The notes beneath the pieces are model-generated. The model had not been told where the DNA came from. It worked only from the letters and a program-made list of their open reading frames with translations, and did no database searches. The position numbers and the translations under genes were made by a program. Below, piece by piece: positions 14,169 through 30,400 of a stretch of DNA of 64,000 nt (position 1 is the first letter of the stretch; each line of letters begins with the position of its first letter). Source of the DNA: the human T2T-CHM13v2.0 reference genome, Homo sapiens; the NCBI GenBank assembly GCA_009914755.4, contig CP086569.2, positions 61,984,001 through 62,048,000 of the forward strand, read 5' to 3'.

Positions 14169-17100
14169 ATGGAGTCAAATGGAATGGTCTGGAATGCAAT
14201 GAACTCGAATGTAATGCAATCCAATAGAATGGAATCGAATGGCATGGAATATAAAGAAATGCAATCGAAGAGAATGGAAACAAATGGAATGGAATTGAAT
14301 GGAATGGGAACGAATGGAGTGAAATTGTATGGAATAGAAGAGAATAGAATGGAATGCAAGCGAAAGGACAGGAATGGATTGGAATGGAATGGAATTCATT
14401 GGAATGGAAGGGAATGTAGTGTAATGGACAGGCCTGGAATAAACTGGAATGCTACGGTCTCGAATGGAATAAAAATGTATGGAATGGAATTCAATGAAAC
14501 GGAATCGAATGTCATAGAATGTAATGGAATGCAAAAAAATGGACTCCAAAATCATTGACAGGAAAGGCTGGGTGTCGAAAGGAATTGACTCCAATGGAAT
14601 GGAATCGAATGGAATGGAAGTGAATAGAATCGAATTAAATCGAATGGAATGGAATTAATAGGAACAGAATGGAAAGGAATGCAATGATTTGGCATGGAAT
14701 GGAATCGAATGGCATCGAATGGAATGGAATGGAATGCAATGGAATGGAATGTATTATAATGTAATGAACTTTAGTGTAATGTACTCGAATGGATTCTACT
14801 GGAATGGAATGTTCTGGAAGTGAATGGACTCCAATGGAATGGATTCGAAAGGAATGGAATCTAATGGAATGGAATTAAATGGAAAGGAATCAAATTGAAT
14901 AGCACGGAATTGAATTGAATGGAATCGAATGCAATGGAATCTAATGAAACGGAAAGGAAAGGAATGGAATGGAAGTGAATGGGCTGGAATGGAATGGAAT
15001 CGAAACGAATGGAATGCAATCGAACTGAAGAGAATGGAATGTAATGAACTGGAATGGAAAGGAGTGTAATGGAAGGTTCTCGAAAAAAATGGGATCGAAT
15101 GGAATGGAATGGAATGGAACGGAATAGAGTCGATTGGAATTCATTGGAATGGAATGGAGTAGAGTGAAATGGAATCGAATCACAAGGAATGGACAGGAAT
15201 AGAATGGTCTCGAATTGAATGGAATCGTATGGAATGGCATCAAACGGAATGGAATGGACAGCCACGGAATGGAATGCACTCGAATGCAATGGAGTCGAAA
15301 CTAATGGACTGGAATAGAATGGACTCGACTGGTATGGACTCCAATGGAATGGAATCGAATGGAAGGGAATCGTACGGAATGGACTCGAAGTGAAAAGACT
15401 GCAACGGAAAGGTTTCGAATGGAATGGAAATTAATGGAATGGAATGGAATCGACTGAAATGGAGTCAAAAGGAATGGAATCGAATGGCAAGGAATCGAAT
15501 GTAATGGAATCGCAAGGAATGGATGTGAACGGAACGGAATGGAATGGAATCAAAAGGAATGGAATAGAATGGAATGGAATCGAATGGAAAGGACTCGAAT
15601 GGAAATCACTTGAATAGAATGAAATTTAATAAAATAGGATCAAATGTAATGGAATGGAATGGAAAGGAATCGAAACGAAAGGAATGGAGACAGATGGAAT
15701 GGAATGGAACAGAGAGCAATGGTATAGAATGGAATGGAATCATCTGGAATGGAATTGAATGGAATGGAATAATATGATATGGAATGGAATGGAATGGAAT
15801 GCCCTTGAATTATATGGACTGGAATGGAATGGACTCGAACAGAGTGGAATGGAAAGTGTTGAAATAGAATGGAATGGACTCCTTTGGAATGGTCTAGTAT
15901 GCAATGCAATCGACTGGCAGGGAATCAAAAGGAATGTAATCGAATGGATTGGACTGGAATGCAATGGACTCGAATAGATAGGAAACAGAATGCAAAGGAA
16001 TGGAATGGAATAGTATGGAATGTAATGGAAAGGAATGGAGTGGAATAGACTAGAGTGGAATGAAATGGACTCGAAAGCAATGGACTGGAATGGAACTTTC
16101 TTGAATGGACTGGAATCAAACGGAATGGAATGCAATGCAATCAAATGGCATGGAATAAAATAGAATGAAAGAGAATCAAATGGAATTGAATCGAATGGAA
16201 TCGAATGGATTGGAAAGGAATAGAATGGAATGGAATGGAACTGACTCAAATGGAATGGACTAGAATGGAATGGAGTGGAATGGAATGCAAAGGAATAGAA
16301 TCTATTGGAATGGACTGTAATGGAATGGAATGGAAGGGATTGGAATGGACTCGAATGGAATGGACTGCAATAGAAAGGATTCGAATGGAATGAAAAGGAA
16401 TTGAATGGAATAGAACAGAATGGAATCAAATCGAATGTAACGGAATGGAATTGAAAGGAATGGAATGAAATGGAATGGAATGGAAAGGATTCGAATGGAA
16501 TGCAGTCAAAGGGAATGCAATCGAATGGAATGGAATCGAACGGAATGGAATAAAATGGAAGAAAACTGGCAAGAAATGGAATCGAAATGAATGGCGTGTT
16601 ATGGAACGGACTCAAAAGGAATTGAATGTAATAGAAAGGAGTAGGGTGGACTCGAATATAATGGACTGGAATGGAATGGAATCACATGGAATGGGAACGA
16701 ATGGAATGGAATGGAAAGGAATGGAATCGAATGGAAAGGAATCGAATGGAAGGGAAGGAAATTGAATCAACAGGAATGGAAGGGAATAGAATAGACTGTA
16801 GTGGAATGGAGTCGAATAGAATGGACACGAATGCTCAAATTGAATGGACTCGTATAGAATGGAAACGAAAGAATGTCATCGAATGGAATTGAATCGATTG
16901 GAATGAAATGGCATAGAATGGAGTGGAATCAAATGGAATTGAATCGAAAGTAAAGGAAGCGAATGGACTGAAATGAAATGGAATGGAATTGAATGGAAAG
17001 TAATGCAATGGAATAGAGTGGAACGAAATTTCACGGAATGGAATCAAACAGAATGGAATCAAATCAATGGAATATAATCAAATGGAATGGATAGGAATTG

Positions 17101-17686
17101 AATGGAATAGATTGGATTGGAAGGGATTGGAATGCAATGGAATGGGAAGGACTCGAATTTCATGAAACGGAATGGAATGAATTGGAATGGAATGGAATGT
17201 CATGGAATGGCATCAAATGGAATGGCATCAAATGGAATGGAATCGAATGCAATGGAATGTTATGGAATGGAATGGAATGTATTGGAATGAAATGTCCTCT
17301 AATGGAATGGATTCGAGTGGAATGGAATCGAATATAATGGAGTCGAATGAAATGGAATTGAAAGGAATGGGATCGAATAGAATGGAATATACTGGAATGC
17401 AATGTAATGAAGTCGAATGTAATTGACTGGAATGGAATGTGCATGAATGGAATGTAATCGAATGGAAAGTAATCCAATGGAATAGAATCTAATGGAATAA
17501 AATCGACTCAAATGGAATACTATGTAATGGAATGGAATGCAGTGCAATGGAACGGAATGGAATGGAATGCAATGGAGTGGAATGGAATGGAATGCAATGG
17601 GATGGAATTTTATGGAATGGATAGGAGTGGACTGGAGTGAAATGGACTGGAAAGGAATGGACTCCAATTGAAAGGGATTGAAAGGA
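14169..17686 (+). repeat. HSat3 HOR copy 5 (3518 bp), edge variant
   Basis: Same landmarks plus a ~45 bp variant segment (aatcgaatggcatggaatataaagaaatgcaatcgaagagaatgg) at about 14230-14278. The truncated copy 6 shares it at about 17750-17795. Confidence 0.8.
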
Positions 17687-18117
17687 ATGGAGTCAAATGG
17701 AATGGTCTGGAATGGAATGAACTCGAATGTAATGCATTTCAATAGAATGCAATCGAATGGCATGGAATATAAAGAAATGGATTCAAAGAGAATGGAAACA
17801 AACGGAATGGAATTGAGTGGAATGTAATTGAATGCAATGGGAACGAATGGAGTGAAATTGTATGGAATAGAAGAGAATAGAATGGAATGCAAGCGAAAGG
17901 AAAGGAATGTATCGGAATGGAATGGAATTCATTGGAATGGAAGGGAATGTAGTGTAATGGACAGGCCTGGAATAAACTGGAATGCTACGGTCTCGAATGG
18001 AAAAAAAATTTATGGAATGCAATGCAATGAAACGGAATCGAATGTCATAGAATGTAATGGAATGCAAAAAAATGGACTCCAAAATCATTGATTGGAAAGG
18101 CTGTGTGTCGAAAGGAA
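17687..18117 (+). repeat. HSat3 HOR copy 6, truncated (431 bp) at the array end
   Basis: Homology to the unit start continues to ...tgtgtcgaaaggaat at 18117. After that the sequence switches abruptly to AT-rich satellite. Confidence 0.8.
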
Positions 18118-18827
18118 TAAATAACTATATAATATATTATATATAACTATATATTATGTTATATATAGTTTTATTACATAATTTACATAAAATATGATAA
18201 TATAATATTTATTATATTATTTTATATATCATAATATATATTATATATCACACAGTGTAAGTTATATACATAATATTAAAATATAGATTATATTATGATA
18301 TATTGAATATCATATATATCATGTATCTTATATTGTATAATATATATTATCCATTATATAATATGTATGTTGTCTGTTATATGAGATATATATAACTATA
18401 TATATAATTATATAATTATACATATAACTACATAAACATGTAATTCTATATATTGTCATTTATAATATATATAATTATATAATCATATATAATTATTTAT
18501 ATTCTATAAAAAATTATATCATTATCTAAATTATAATATATATAAATTATAATATGTACTAAAAATATATATATTATATATCATATATGTTACAGTACAT
18601 ATGATATATATCATATTACATATAACTATGTATTATGTTATCTATAATTATATATTTTCATATATAAGATGTATAGCATGTATTATATATTATATATGTT
18701 ATGTAACCTATATAGTATATATAAGATGACACAGGGTAAATATTATATACTATGACGTATAAAATATATGAGGTTATAGGTTACATATAAAGCATATTAC
18801 ATAACATATAATATATATCATATATAA
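18118..18827. repeat. Partial first 2.4-kb unit (AT-rich part only, ~710 bp) directly abutting the HSat3 array
   Basis: Aligns with the distal ~710 bp of the AT-rich segment of the next unit (20535-21240). Confidence 0.75.
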
Positions 18828-19118
<291 letters not shown>

Positions 19119-21217
19119 AAGATACATATTTTTTAAATGAAAAAAAATTTCAAAGGTACTCTGCTTGGTACAATAATCAAATGTATAAACTGAGGAATAA
19201 AACATAACCATGAAACATATTTATAACTGCATATGGAAAATACAGAGGATAATTTTTTAAATAACATATTTTGAAAGCCTTAACTAGTAATTTGAAGAGT
19301 TGGCATTTGAAAGGCCAGTATGAATATAGCTTCCAAGCAGCAACACAGGTTCCCCTGAGAAAAATCAAACTCAGGGAAAATAAAACCACAAAGGTTCAAT
19401 CTCTTCTGACCTTTGAAAGACACAGCACAGACAGTGGTCCTTAGGACCAAGAGCAGGAGACCCCTAATCCCGTCACCATGGCGATAGGGCATAAACATTG
19501 CTGGGTGAGGGCACAATCCACATTGTGAGGTCCAACTGCTGCCAGGAAGACAGGAGTGCTTTTACATAGACCGAAACGTCATTGAAGGCTCAGAGTTTTG
19601 TTTCAAAAACTGAATCCCAAACCCACACGTTATTAGGCTGCGCTTCTTAAAACAAGTTATGAGATGGGAAATAAGGCACCCACAAACATACGTATATATT
19701 ATGTATATAATAATATACAGTATCATATATATACTATATATAACCTATGAATAATATTGTTTTACATCCTGCATCTTATATTATATATAGTATAGAATAT
19801 AATAATTGATAATATATAATTTTATATTTATACAATATGACATATAATATATATTATACCTTATGACATATAATATATATATTATATATCATATATATAA
19901 TATATTATATGGTTAATATACGTATTAAATATAAATAAACATTACATATATTATATATAATATATCTGTTATATATAATATATATTATATGTAATATATA
20001 TATTGTCTATGTTATATATAGTATAAAACATCATATAATAATATATAATGGTATATATAAAATATGACATATAATATATATTATATTTTATGACATATAT
20101 AATATATATTTTATATTATATATAATACATTGTATGTATAATACCTGTATTAAAGATATAGTATATGACTATGCTATTAATTACATGTCATATATGTTAT
20201 ATATTATATATTTTACATAGAATATACTGGTTACATATAATATATACTATGTTACCTATAATGTATAGTTTATTACATATAATATAATGAATGTCATATA
20301 TTATATATAATTTATAATATACAATATGTGGAATGTGATATATATAACATAAAATATATGATATATGATATACAATATATGATATATAACATACAATATA
20401 TGATACATAATATATATGGTAAACAATATATATTTTATGATATGTATTATATATGTTTTACATTCTGTTATATATACCTATTTGAAATTATATATAACTG
20501 TATAATATTTTATGTAAATATGTAATATAATATATATAAGTATGTAATATATTATATATAACTATATATTATATTATATATAGTTTTATTACATAATTTA
20601 CATAACATATCATAATATAATATTTATTATATTATTTTATATTACATAATATATATTCTATATCACACAATAAAAGTTACATACATAATATTAAAATATA
20701 GAGTATATTATGATATATTAAATATCATATATATCATGTATCATATATTGTATAGTATATACTATACATTATATAATAAGTATGTTGTCTGTTATGTGAT
20801 ATATATAACTATATATATAATTATATTATTATACATATAACTACATGAACATGTAATTCCATATATTTCCATTTATAATATATATAATTATATAATCATA
20901 TATAACTATTTATATTCTATAAAAAATTATATCATTATATAAATTATAATATATATAAATTATAATATGTACTAAAAATATATATATTATATATCATATA
21001 GGATACAGTACATATGTTATATATCATATTACATATAACTATGTATTATGTTATCTATAATTATATATTTTCCTATATAAGATGTATAGTATGTATTATA
21101 TATTATGTATGTTATGTAACCTATATAGTATATATAAGATGATACAGGGTAAATATTATATCCTATGACGTATAAAATATATGAGGTTATATGTTACATA
21201 TAAATCATATTACATAA

Positions 21218-21405
<188 letters not shown>

Positions 21406-24400
21406 TAGCTAATTTTTTGGATTTTTCGTAGTGACAGTGTTTCACTGTATTGGCCAGGATGGTCTTGATATCTTCACCTTGTGATCCCCTTGCCTTGGCC
21501 TCCAAATTTGCTGGGATTACAGGCCTGAGCCACGATCCATATTTTTTAAATGAAAAAAAATTTAAAGGTACTATGCTTGGTACAATAATCAAATGTATAA
21601 ACTGAGGAATAAAACATAACCATGAAACATACTTATAACTGCATATGGAAAATACAGAGGATAATTTTTTAAATAACATATTTTGAAAGCCTTAACTAGT
21701 AATTTGAAGAGTTGGCATTTGAAAGGCCAGTATGAATATACCTTCAAAGCAGCAACACAGGTTCCCCATGAGAAAAATCAAACTCAGGGAAAATAAAACC
21801 ACAAAGGTTCAATCTCTTCTGACCTTTGAAAGACACAGCACAGACAGTGGTCCTTAGGACCAAGAGCAGGAGACCCCTAATCCCGTCACCATGGCGATAG
21901 GGCATAAACATTGCTGGGTGAGGGCACAATCCACATTGTGAGGTCCAACTGCTGCCAGGAAGACAGGAGTGCTTTTACATAGACCGAAAGGTCATTGAAG
22001 GCTCAGTGTTTTGTTTCAAAAACAGAATCCCAAGCCCACACGTTATTATGCTGCGCTTCTTAAAACAAGTTATGAGATGGGAAATAGGGCACCCACAAAC
22101 ATACGTATACATTATGTATATAATAATATACAGTATCATATATATAATATATATAACCTATGTATAATATTGTTTTACATCCTGCATCTTATATATATTG
22201 TATATAATATAATAATTAATATTATATAAGTTTATATTTATACAATATGACATGTAATATATATTATACCTTATGACATATATAATATATATTATATATC
22301 ATATATAGAATATATTATATGGTTAATATACGTATTAAATATAAATATACATTATATATATTATATATAATATATCTGTTATATATAATATATATTATAT
22401 ATAATATCTATATTATGTCTATGTTATATACAGTATAAAACAACATAAAAAATGTATAATTGTATATATAAAATATGACATATAATATATATTATATTTT
22501 ATGATATATATAATATATATTATATATTATATATAATAGGTTTTATGGATAATACCTATATTAAATATATATTATATGCCTATGCTAATAATTACATGTC
22601 ATATATGTTATATATTATATATTTTACATAGAATATACTGGTTACATATAATATATACTATGTTACCTATAATGTATAGTTTATTACATGTAATATAATG
22701 AATGTCAAATATTATATATAATTTATAACATACAATATGTGGAAAGTGATATATATAACATGTAATATATGATATATGATATATAATATATGATATATAA
22801 CATACAATATATGATACATAATATATATGGTATGCAATATATATTTTATGATATATATTATATATGTTTTATATTATATTATATATAACGGTTTAAAATT
22901 ATATATAACTGTATAATATTATACGTAAATATATAATATAAGATATATAACCATATATTATGTTATATATAATTTTATTACATACTTTCCATAATATATC
23001 ATAATATAATATATATTATATTATATTATTTTATATTACATAATATATATTATATATCACATAATATATGTTACATACATAATATTGAAATATATATTAT
23101 ATTATGATATATTAAATATCATATATATTATGTATCCTATATTCTATAATATATATTATATATTATATAATATATAGGGTGTCTATTATATGATATATAT
23201 AAATATATATAATTATAGTATACATATAATGATATAAATATGTAATTATATTTGTCATTATTTATATTACATATAATTATATAATCATATATAATAATTT
23301 ATATTATATAAATAATTATATCATTATATAAATTATAGTATATATAAATTATAATATGTGATAAAGAATATATATCATATATCATATATGATATTGTATA
23401 TATGTTATATATCATATTATATATCAATTTATGTTATGTTATCTATAATTATATATTTTCATATATAAGATGTATAATATGAATTATATATTATATATGT
23501 TATGAAATATATATAATATATATAATATGACATAGGATAAATGTCATATATTATGATATATGTTATATATGCGGTTATATATTACGTATAAAGCATATTA
23601 CATAACATATGATATATATCATATATACTTTTTATTTAGACAGAGTCTTGTCCTGTTCCACTGGGTGGAGTAAAATGGCGCCATCTTTGCTCATTGCAAC
23701 ATCTGCCTCACGGCTTGAAGCGATTGTGCCCCCTCAGCCTCCCAGGTAGCTGGGAGTACACCACACTGGGGCTACACCAGCTGCCACCATGCCTAGATAA
23801 TGTTTTGGATTTTTAGTAGTGACAGCGTTTCACTGTATTGGCCAGGATGGTCTTGATCTCTTCACCTTGTGATCCCCTTGCCTTGCCCTCCAAATTTGCT
23901 GGGATTACAGGCCTGAGCCAAGATCCATATTTTTTAAATGAAAAAAAATTTCAAAGGTACTCTGCTCGGTACAAAAATCAAATATATAAACTGAGGGATA
24001 AAACATAACCATGGAACATATTTACAACTGCATATGGAAAATACAGAGGAGAATTTTTTAAGTAACATATTTTCAAAGCATTAACTAGTAATTTGAAGAG
24101 TTGGCATTTGAAAGGCCAGTATGAATATACCTTCAAAGCAGCAACACAGTTTCCCCATGAGAAAAATCAAACTCAGGGAAAATGAAACCACAAAGTTTCA
24201 CTCTGTTCTGACTATTGAAAAACACAGCACAGACAGTGGCCCTTAGGACCAAGAGGAGGAGGTCCCTAATCCCGTCACCATGGCGATAGGGCATAAACAT
24301 TGCAGGGTGACGACACAATCCACATTGTGAGGTCCAACTGCTGCCAGGAAGACAGGAGTGCTTTTACATAGACCCAAAGGTCATTGAAGGCTCAGTGTTT

Positions 24401-27400
24401 TCTTTCAAAAACTGAATCCCAAGCCCACACATTATTATGCTGCGCTTCTTAAAACAAGTTATGAGATGGGAAATAGGGCACCCACAAATATATCTATACA
24501 TTATGTATATAATAATATATAGAATCATATATATAATATATGTAACATATATATATAATACTGTTTTACACCCTGCATCTTATATTATCTATCTTATGTG
24601 TATTATAATAACTGATAAAGTATAAGTATTATATTTATAAACTATGAAATTTAATAATTATATTTTATGACATATATAATATATATTATATATCATATAT
24701 AGAATATATTATATGGTTAATATACGTATTAAATATATAATATTCATTATATACATTATATATATCTACGTTATATATAACATTCATTATAGATAATACA
24801 TATCTTATATCTAGCTTATAAATAATATAAAATAACCCATAATAATATGTAATTGTATATATAAAATATAACATATAATATATATTATATTTTGACACAT
24901 ATATGATATATATTATATATTATATATAATACGTTGTATGTATAATACATATATTAAATATACATTATATGTCTCTGTTATTAATTCTATGTAATATATG
25001 TTATATATTACATATTTTACATAGAATACACATGTTACATAGAATATATACTATGTTACATATAACGTAGAATTTATTATATGTAATAAAATGTATGTCA
25101 TATATTTTATATTCTTTATAATGTACAATATGTGGAATGTGATATATATAACATGTAATATATGATATATGATATACAATATATGATATATAACATAACA
25201 TATGATACCTACTACATATGGTATGCAATATATATTTTATGATATATATTATATATGTTTTATATTATATTATATATAACTGTTTAAAATTATATATAAC
25301 TATAACATTATAAGTAAATATATAATACAACATATATCACCATATATTATGTTACATATAATTTTATTACATACTTTCCATAATATATCATAATATAATA
25401 TATATTATATTATATTATTTTATATTACATAATATATATTATATATCACATAGTATAAGTTACATACATAATATTGAAATATATATTATTTTATCATATA
25501 TACAATATCATATATATTATGTATCCTATATTATATAATATATGTTATATAATATGTAGGGTGTCTATTATATGCTATATATAATTATATATATAATTGT
25601 AGTATACACATAACGATATAAATATGTAATTATATTTATCATTATTTATATTACATATAATTATATAATCATATATAATAATTTATATTATATAAATAAT
25701 TATATCATTATATAAATTATAGTATATATAAATTATAATATGTGATAAATAATATATATTATATATCATATATGATATAGTATATATGTTATGTATCATA
25801 TTATATATCAATATATGTTATGTTATCTATAATTATATATTTTCATAAATAAGATGTATAATATGAATTATATATTATATATGTTATGAAATATATATAA
25901 TATATACAATACGACAGAGGATAAACGTTATATATTATGACATATGATATATATGCGGTTATATATTACGTATAAAGCATATTACATAACATATGATATA
26001 TATCATACATACTTTTTATTTAGACAGAGTCTTGTCCTGTTGCACAGGGTGGAGTACAATGGCGCCATCTTTGCTCACTGCAACATCTGCCTCACGGGTT
26101 CAAGTGATTGGGCCCCCTCAGCCTCCCAGGTAGCTGGGAGTACACCACACTGGGGCTTCACCAGCTGCCACCATGCCTAGATAATGTTTTGGATTTTTAG
26201 TAGTGACAGCGTTTCACTGTATTGGCCAGGATGGTCTTGATCTCTTCACCTTGTGATCCCCTTGCCTTGCCCCCAAATTTGCTGGGATTACAGGCCTGAG
26301 CCAAGATACATATTTTATAAATGAAAAAAAATTTCAAAGGTACTCTGCTTGGTAAAAAAATCAAATATATAAACTGAGGGATAAAACATAACCATGGAAC
26401 ATATTTATAACTGCATATGGAAAACACAGAGGAAAATTTTTTAAATTACATATCTTCAAAGCATTAACTAGTAATTTGAAGAGTTGGCATTTGAAATGCC
26501 AGTATGAATATACCTTCAAAGCAGCAACACAGTTTCCCCATGAGAAAAATCCAACTCAGGGAAAATAAAACCACAAAGGTTCACTCTGTTCTGACCATTG
26601 AAAAACACAGCACAGACAGTGGCCCTTAGGACCAAGAGGAGGAGATCCCTAATCCCGTCACCATGGCGATAGGGCATAAACATTGCAGGGTGAGGGCACA
26701 ATCCACATTGTGAGGTCCAACTGCTGCCAGGAAGACAGGAGTGCTTTTACATAGACCCAAAGGTCATTGAAGGCTCAGTGTTTTCTTTCAAAAACTGAAT
26801 CCCAAGCCCACACATTATTATGCTGCGCTTCTTAAAACAAATTATGAGATGGGAAATAGGGCACCCACAAATATATCTATACATTATATATAGAATAATA
26901 TATAGAATCATATATATAATATACGTAACATATATATAATACTGTTTTACACCCTGCATCTTATATTATATATCTTATGTGTATTATAATAACTGATAAA
27001 GTATAAGTATTATATTTATAAACTATGAAATATAATAATTATATTTTATGACATATATGATATATATTATATATCATATATAGAATATATTATATGGTTA
27101 ATATACGTATTAAATATATAATATTCATTATATATATTATATATATCTACGTTATATATAACATTCATTATAGATAATATATATCTTATATCTAGCTTAT
27201 AAATAATATAAAATAACACATAATAATATGTAATTGTATATATAAAATATGACATATAATATATATTATATTTTATGACACATATATGATATATATTATA
27301 TATTATATATAATACGTTGCATGTATAATACATATATTAAATATATATTATATGTCTCTGTTATTAATTCTATGTAATATATGTTACATATTACATATTT

Positions 27401-30400
27401 TACATGGAATACACATGTTACATACAATATATACTATGTTACATATAAGGTAGAATTTATGATATGTAATAAAATGTATGTTATATATTTTCTATAATTT
27501 ATAATGTACAATATGTGGGATGAGATATATATAACATGTAATATATGATATATGATATGCAATATATGATATATAACATACAATATATGATACATAATAT
27601 ATATGGTATGCAATATATATTTTATCATATATATTATATATGTTTTATATTATATTATATATAACTGTTATAATTATATATAACTGTATAATATTATACG
27701 TAAATATATAATATAATATATATAACCATATGTTATGTTATATATAATTTTATTACATACTTTCCATAATATATCATAATATAATATATATTATATTATA
27801 TTATTTTATATTACATAATATATATTATATATCACATAATATATGTTACATACATAATACTGAAATATATATTATATTATGATATATTAAATATCATATA
27901 TATTATGTATCCTATATTCTATAATATATATTATATATTATATAATATATAGGGTGTCTATTATATGATATATATAAATATATATATAATTATAGAATAC
28001 ATATAATGATATAAATATGTAATTATATTTGTCATTAATTATATTACATATAATTATATAATCATATATAATAATTTATATTATATAAATAATTATATCA
28101 TTATATATATTATAGTATCTATAAATTATAATATGTGATAAATAATATATATTATATATCATATATGATATAGTATATATGTTATATATCATATTATATA
28201 TCAATTTATGTTATGTTATCTATAATTATATATTTTCATATATAAGATGTATAATGAATTATATATTATATATGTTATGAAATATATATTATATATACAA
28301 TATGACATAGGATAAATATTATATATTATGATATATGTTATATATGCGGTTATATATTACGTATAAAGCATATTACATAACATATGATATATATCATATA
28401 TACTTTTTATTTAGACAGAGTCTTGTCCTGTTGCACTGGGTGGAGTACAATGGCGCCATCTTTGCTCACTGCAACATCTGCCTCACGGCTTGAAGCGATT
28501 GTGCCCCCTCAGCCTCCCAGGTAGCTGGGAGTACACCACACTGGGGCTACACCAGCTGCCACCATGCCTAGATAATGTTTTCGATTTTTAGTAGTGACAG
28601 CGTTTCACTGTATTGGCCAGGATGGTCTTGATCTCTTCACCTTGTGATCCCCTTACCTTGCCCTCCAAATTTGCTGGGATTACAGCCTGAGCCAAGATAC
28701 ATATTTTTTAAATGAAAAAAAATTTCAAAGGTACTCTGCTTGGTACAAAAATCAAATATATAAACTGAGGGATAAAACATAACCATGGAATATATTTATA
28801 ACTGCATATGGAAAATACAGAGGAGAATTTTTTAAATAACATATTTTCAAAGCATTAACTAGTAATTTGAAGAGTTGGCATTTGAAAGGGCAGTATGAAT
28901 ATACCTTCAAAGCAGCAACACAGTTTCCCCATGAGAAAAATCAAACTCAGGGAAAATGAAACCACAAAGTTTCACTCTGTTCTGACTATTGAAAAACACA
29001 GCACAGACAGTGGCCCTTAGGACCAAGAGGAGGAGGTCCCTAATCCCGTCACCATGGCGATAGGGCATAAACATTGCAGGGTGAGGACACAATCCACATT
29101 GTGAGGTCCAACTGCTGCCAGGAAGACAGGAGTGCTTTTACATAGACCCAAAGGTCATTGAAGGCTCAGTGTTTTCTTTCAAAAACTGAATCCCAAGCCC
29201 GCACATTATTATGCTGCGTTTCTTAAAACAAGTTATGAGATGGGAAATAGGGCACCCACAAATATATCTATACATTATGTATATAATAATATATAGAATC
29301 ATATATGTAATATATGTAACATATATATATAATACTGTTTTACACCCTGCATTTTACATTATATATATTATATATATTATAATAACTGATAATGTATAAG
29401 TATTATATTTATACACTAAGACATATAATAATTATATTTTATGAAATATATAATATATATTATATATCATATATAAAATATATTATATGGTTATTATATG
29501 TATTAAATATGTAATATTCATTATATATATTATATATATCTACATTATATATAACATTCATTATAGATAATATATATCTTATATCTAGATTATAAATAAT
29601 ATAAAATAACATATACTAATATGTAATTGTATATAAAAAATATGACATATAATATATATTATATTTTATGACACATTTATGATATATATTATATATTATA
29701 TATAATACGTTGTATGGATAATACATATGTTAAATATGTATTATTTGTCTATGTTATTAATTATATGTAATATATGTTATATATTACATATTTTACATAA
29801 AATACACATGTTACATAGAATATATACTATGTTACATAAAACGTTGAATTTATTATATGTAATATAATGTATGTCATATATTATATATACTTTATAATAT
29901 ACAATATGTGGAATGTGATATATATAACATGTAATATATGATATATGATATACAATATATGATATATAACATACAAGATATGATAGATAATATATATGGT
30001 ATGTAATATATATTTTATGATATATATTATATATGTTTTATATTATATTATATATAACTGTTTAAAATTATATATAACTGTATAATATTATACATAAATA
30101 TATAATATAATATATATAACCATATATTATGTTATATATAATTTTATTACATACTTTCCATAATATATCATAATATAATATATATTATATTATATTATTT
30201 TATATTACATAATATATATTATATATCACATAATATATGTTACATACATAATTTTGAAATATATATTATATTATGATATATTAAATATCATATATATTAT
30301 GTATCCTATATTCTATAATATATATTATATATTATATAATATGAAGGGTGTCTATTATAGGATATATATAATTATATACATAATTATAGTATACATATAG

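Larger units (their letters stand above)
1..18117 (+). repeat. Human Satellite III (GGAAT)n array, DYZ1-like, arranged as a ~3.5 kb higher-order repeat
   Basis: Near-continuous GGAAT/ATGGA pentamers on the + strand. The landmark motif aatggactccaaaatcattgactggaaaggctgggtgtcgaa recurs at 490, 3998, 7497, 10996, 14535 and 18068, giving periods of 3499-3539 bp. One GGCC (acaggcctgg) is seen per copy (384, 3892, ...), matching the classical 3.4-3.56 kb HaeIII DYZ1 fragment. Subtype assignment to DYZ1 is inference. Confidence 0.9.

Noticed and set aside
1-18117. Dozens of 60-290-aa ORFs on both strands (WNGMEWNG.. on the + strand, IPFHSIPF.. on the - strand), some recurring every 3.5 kb
   Set aside because: They are translations of (GGAAT)n/(ATTCC)n, and the periodic recurrence simply mirrors the HOR. 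There is no start-codon context and no sequence complexity. The locus is eukaryotic satellite DNA.
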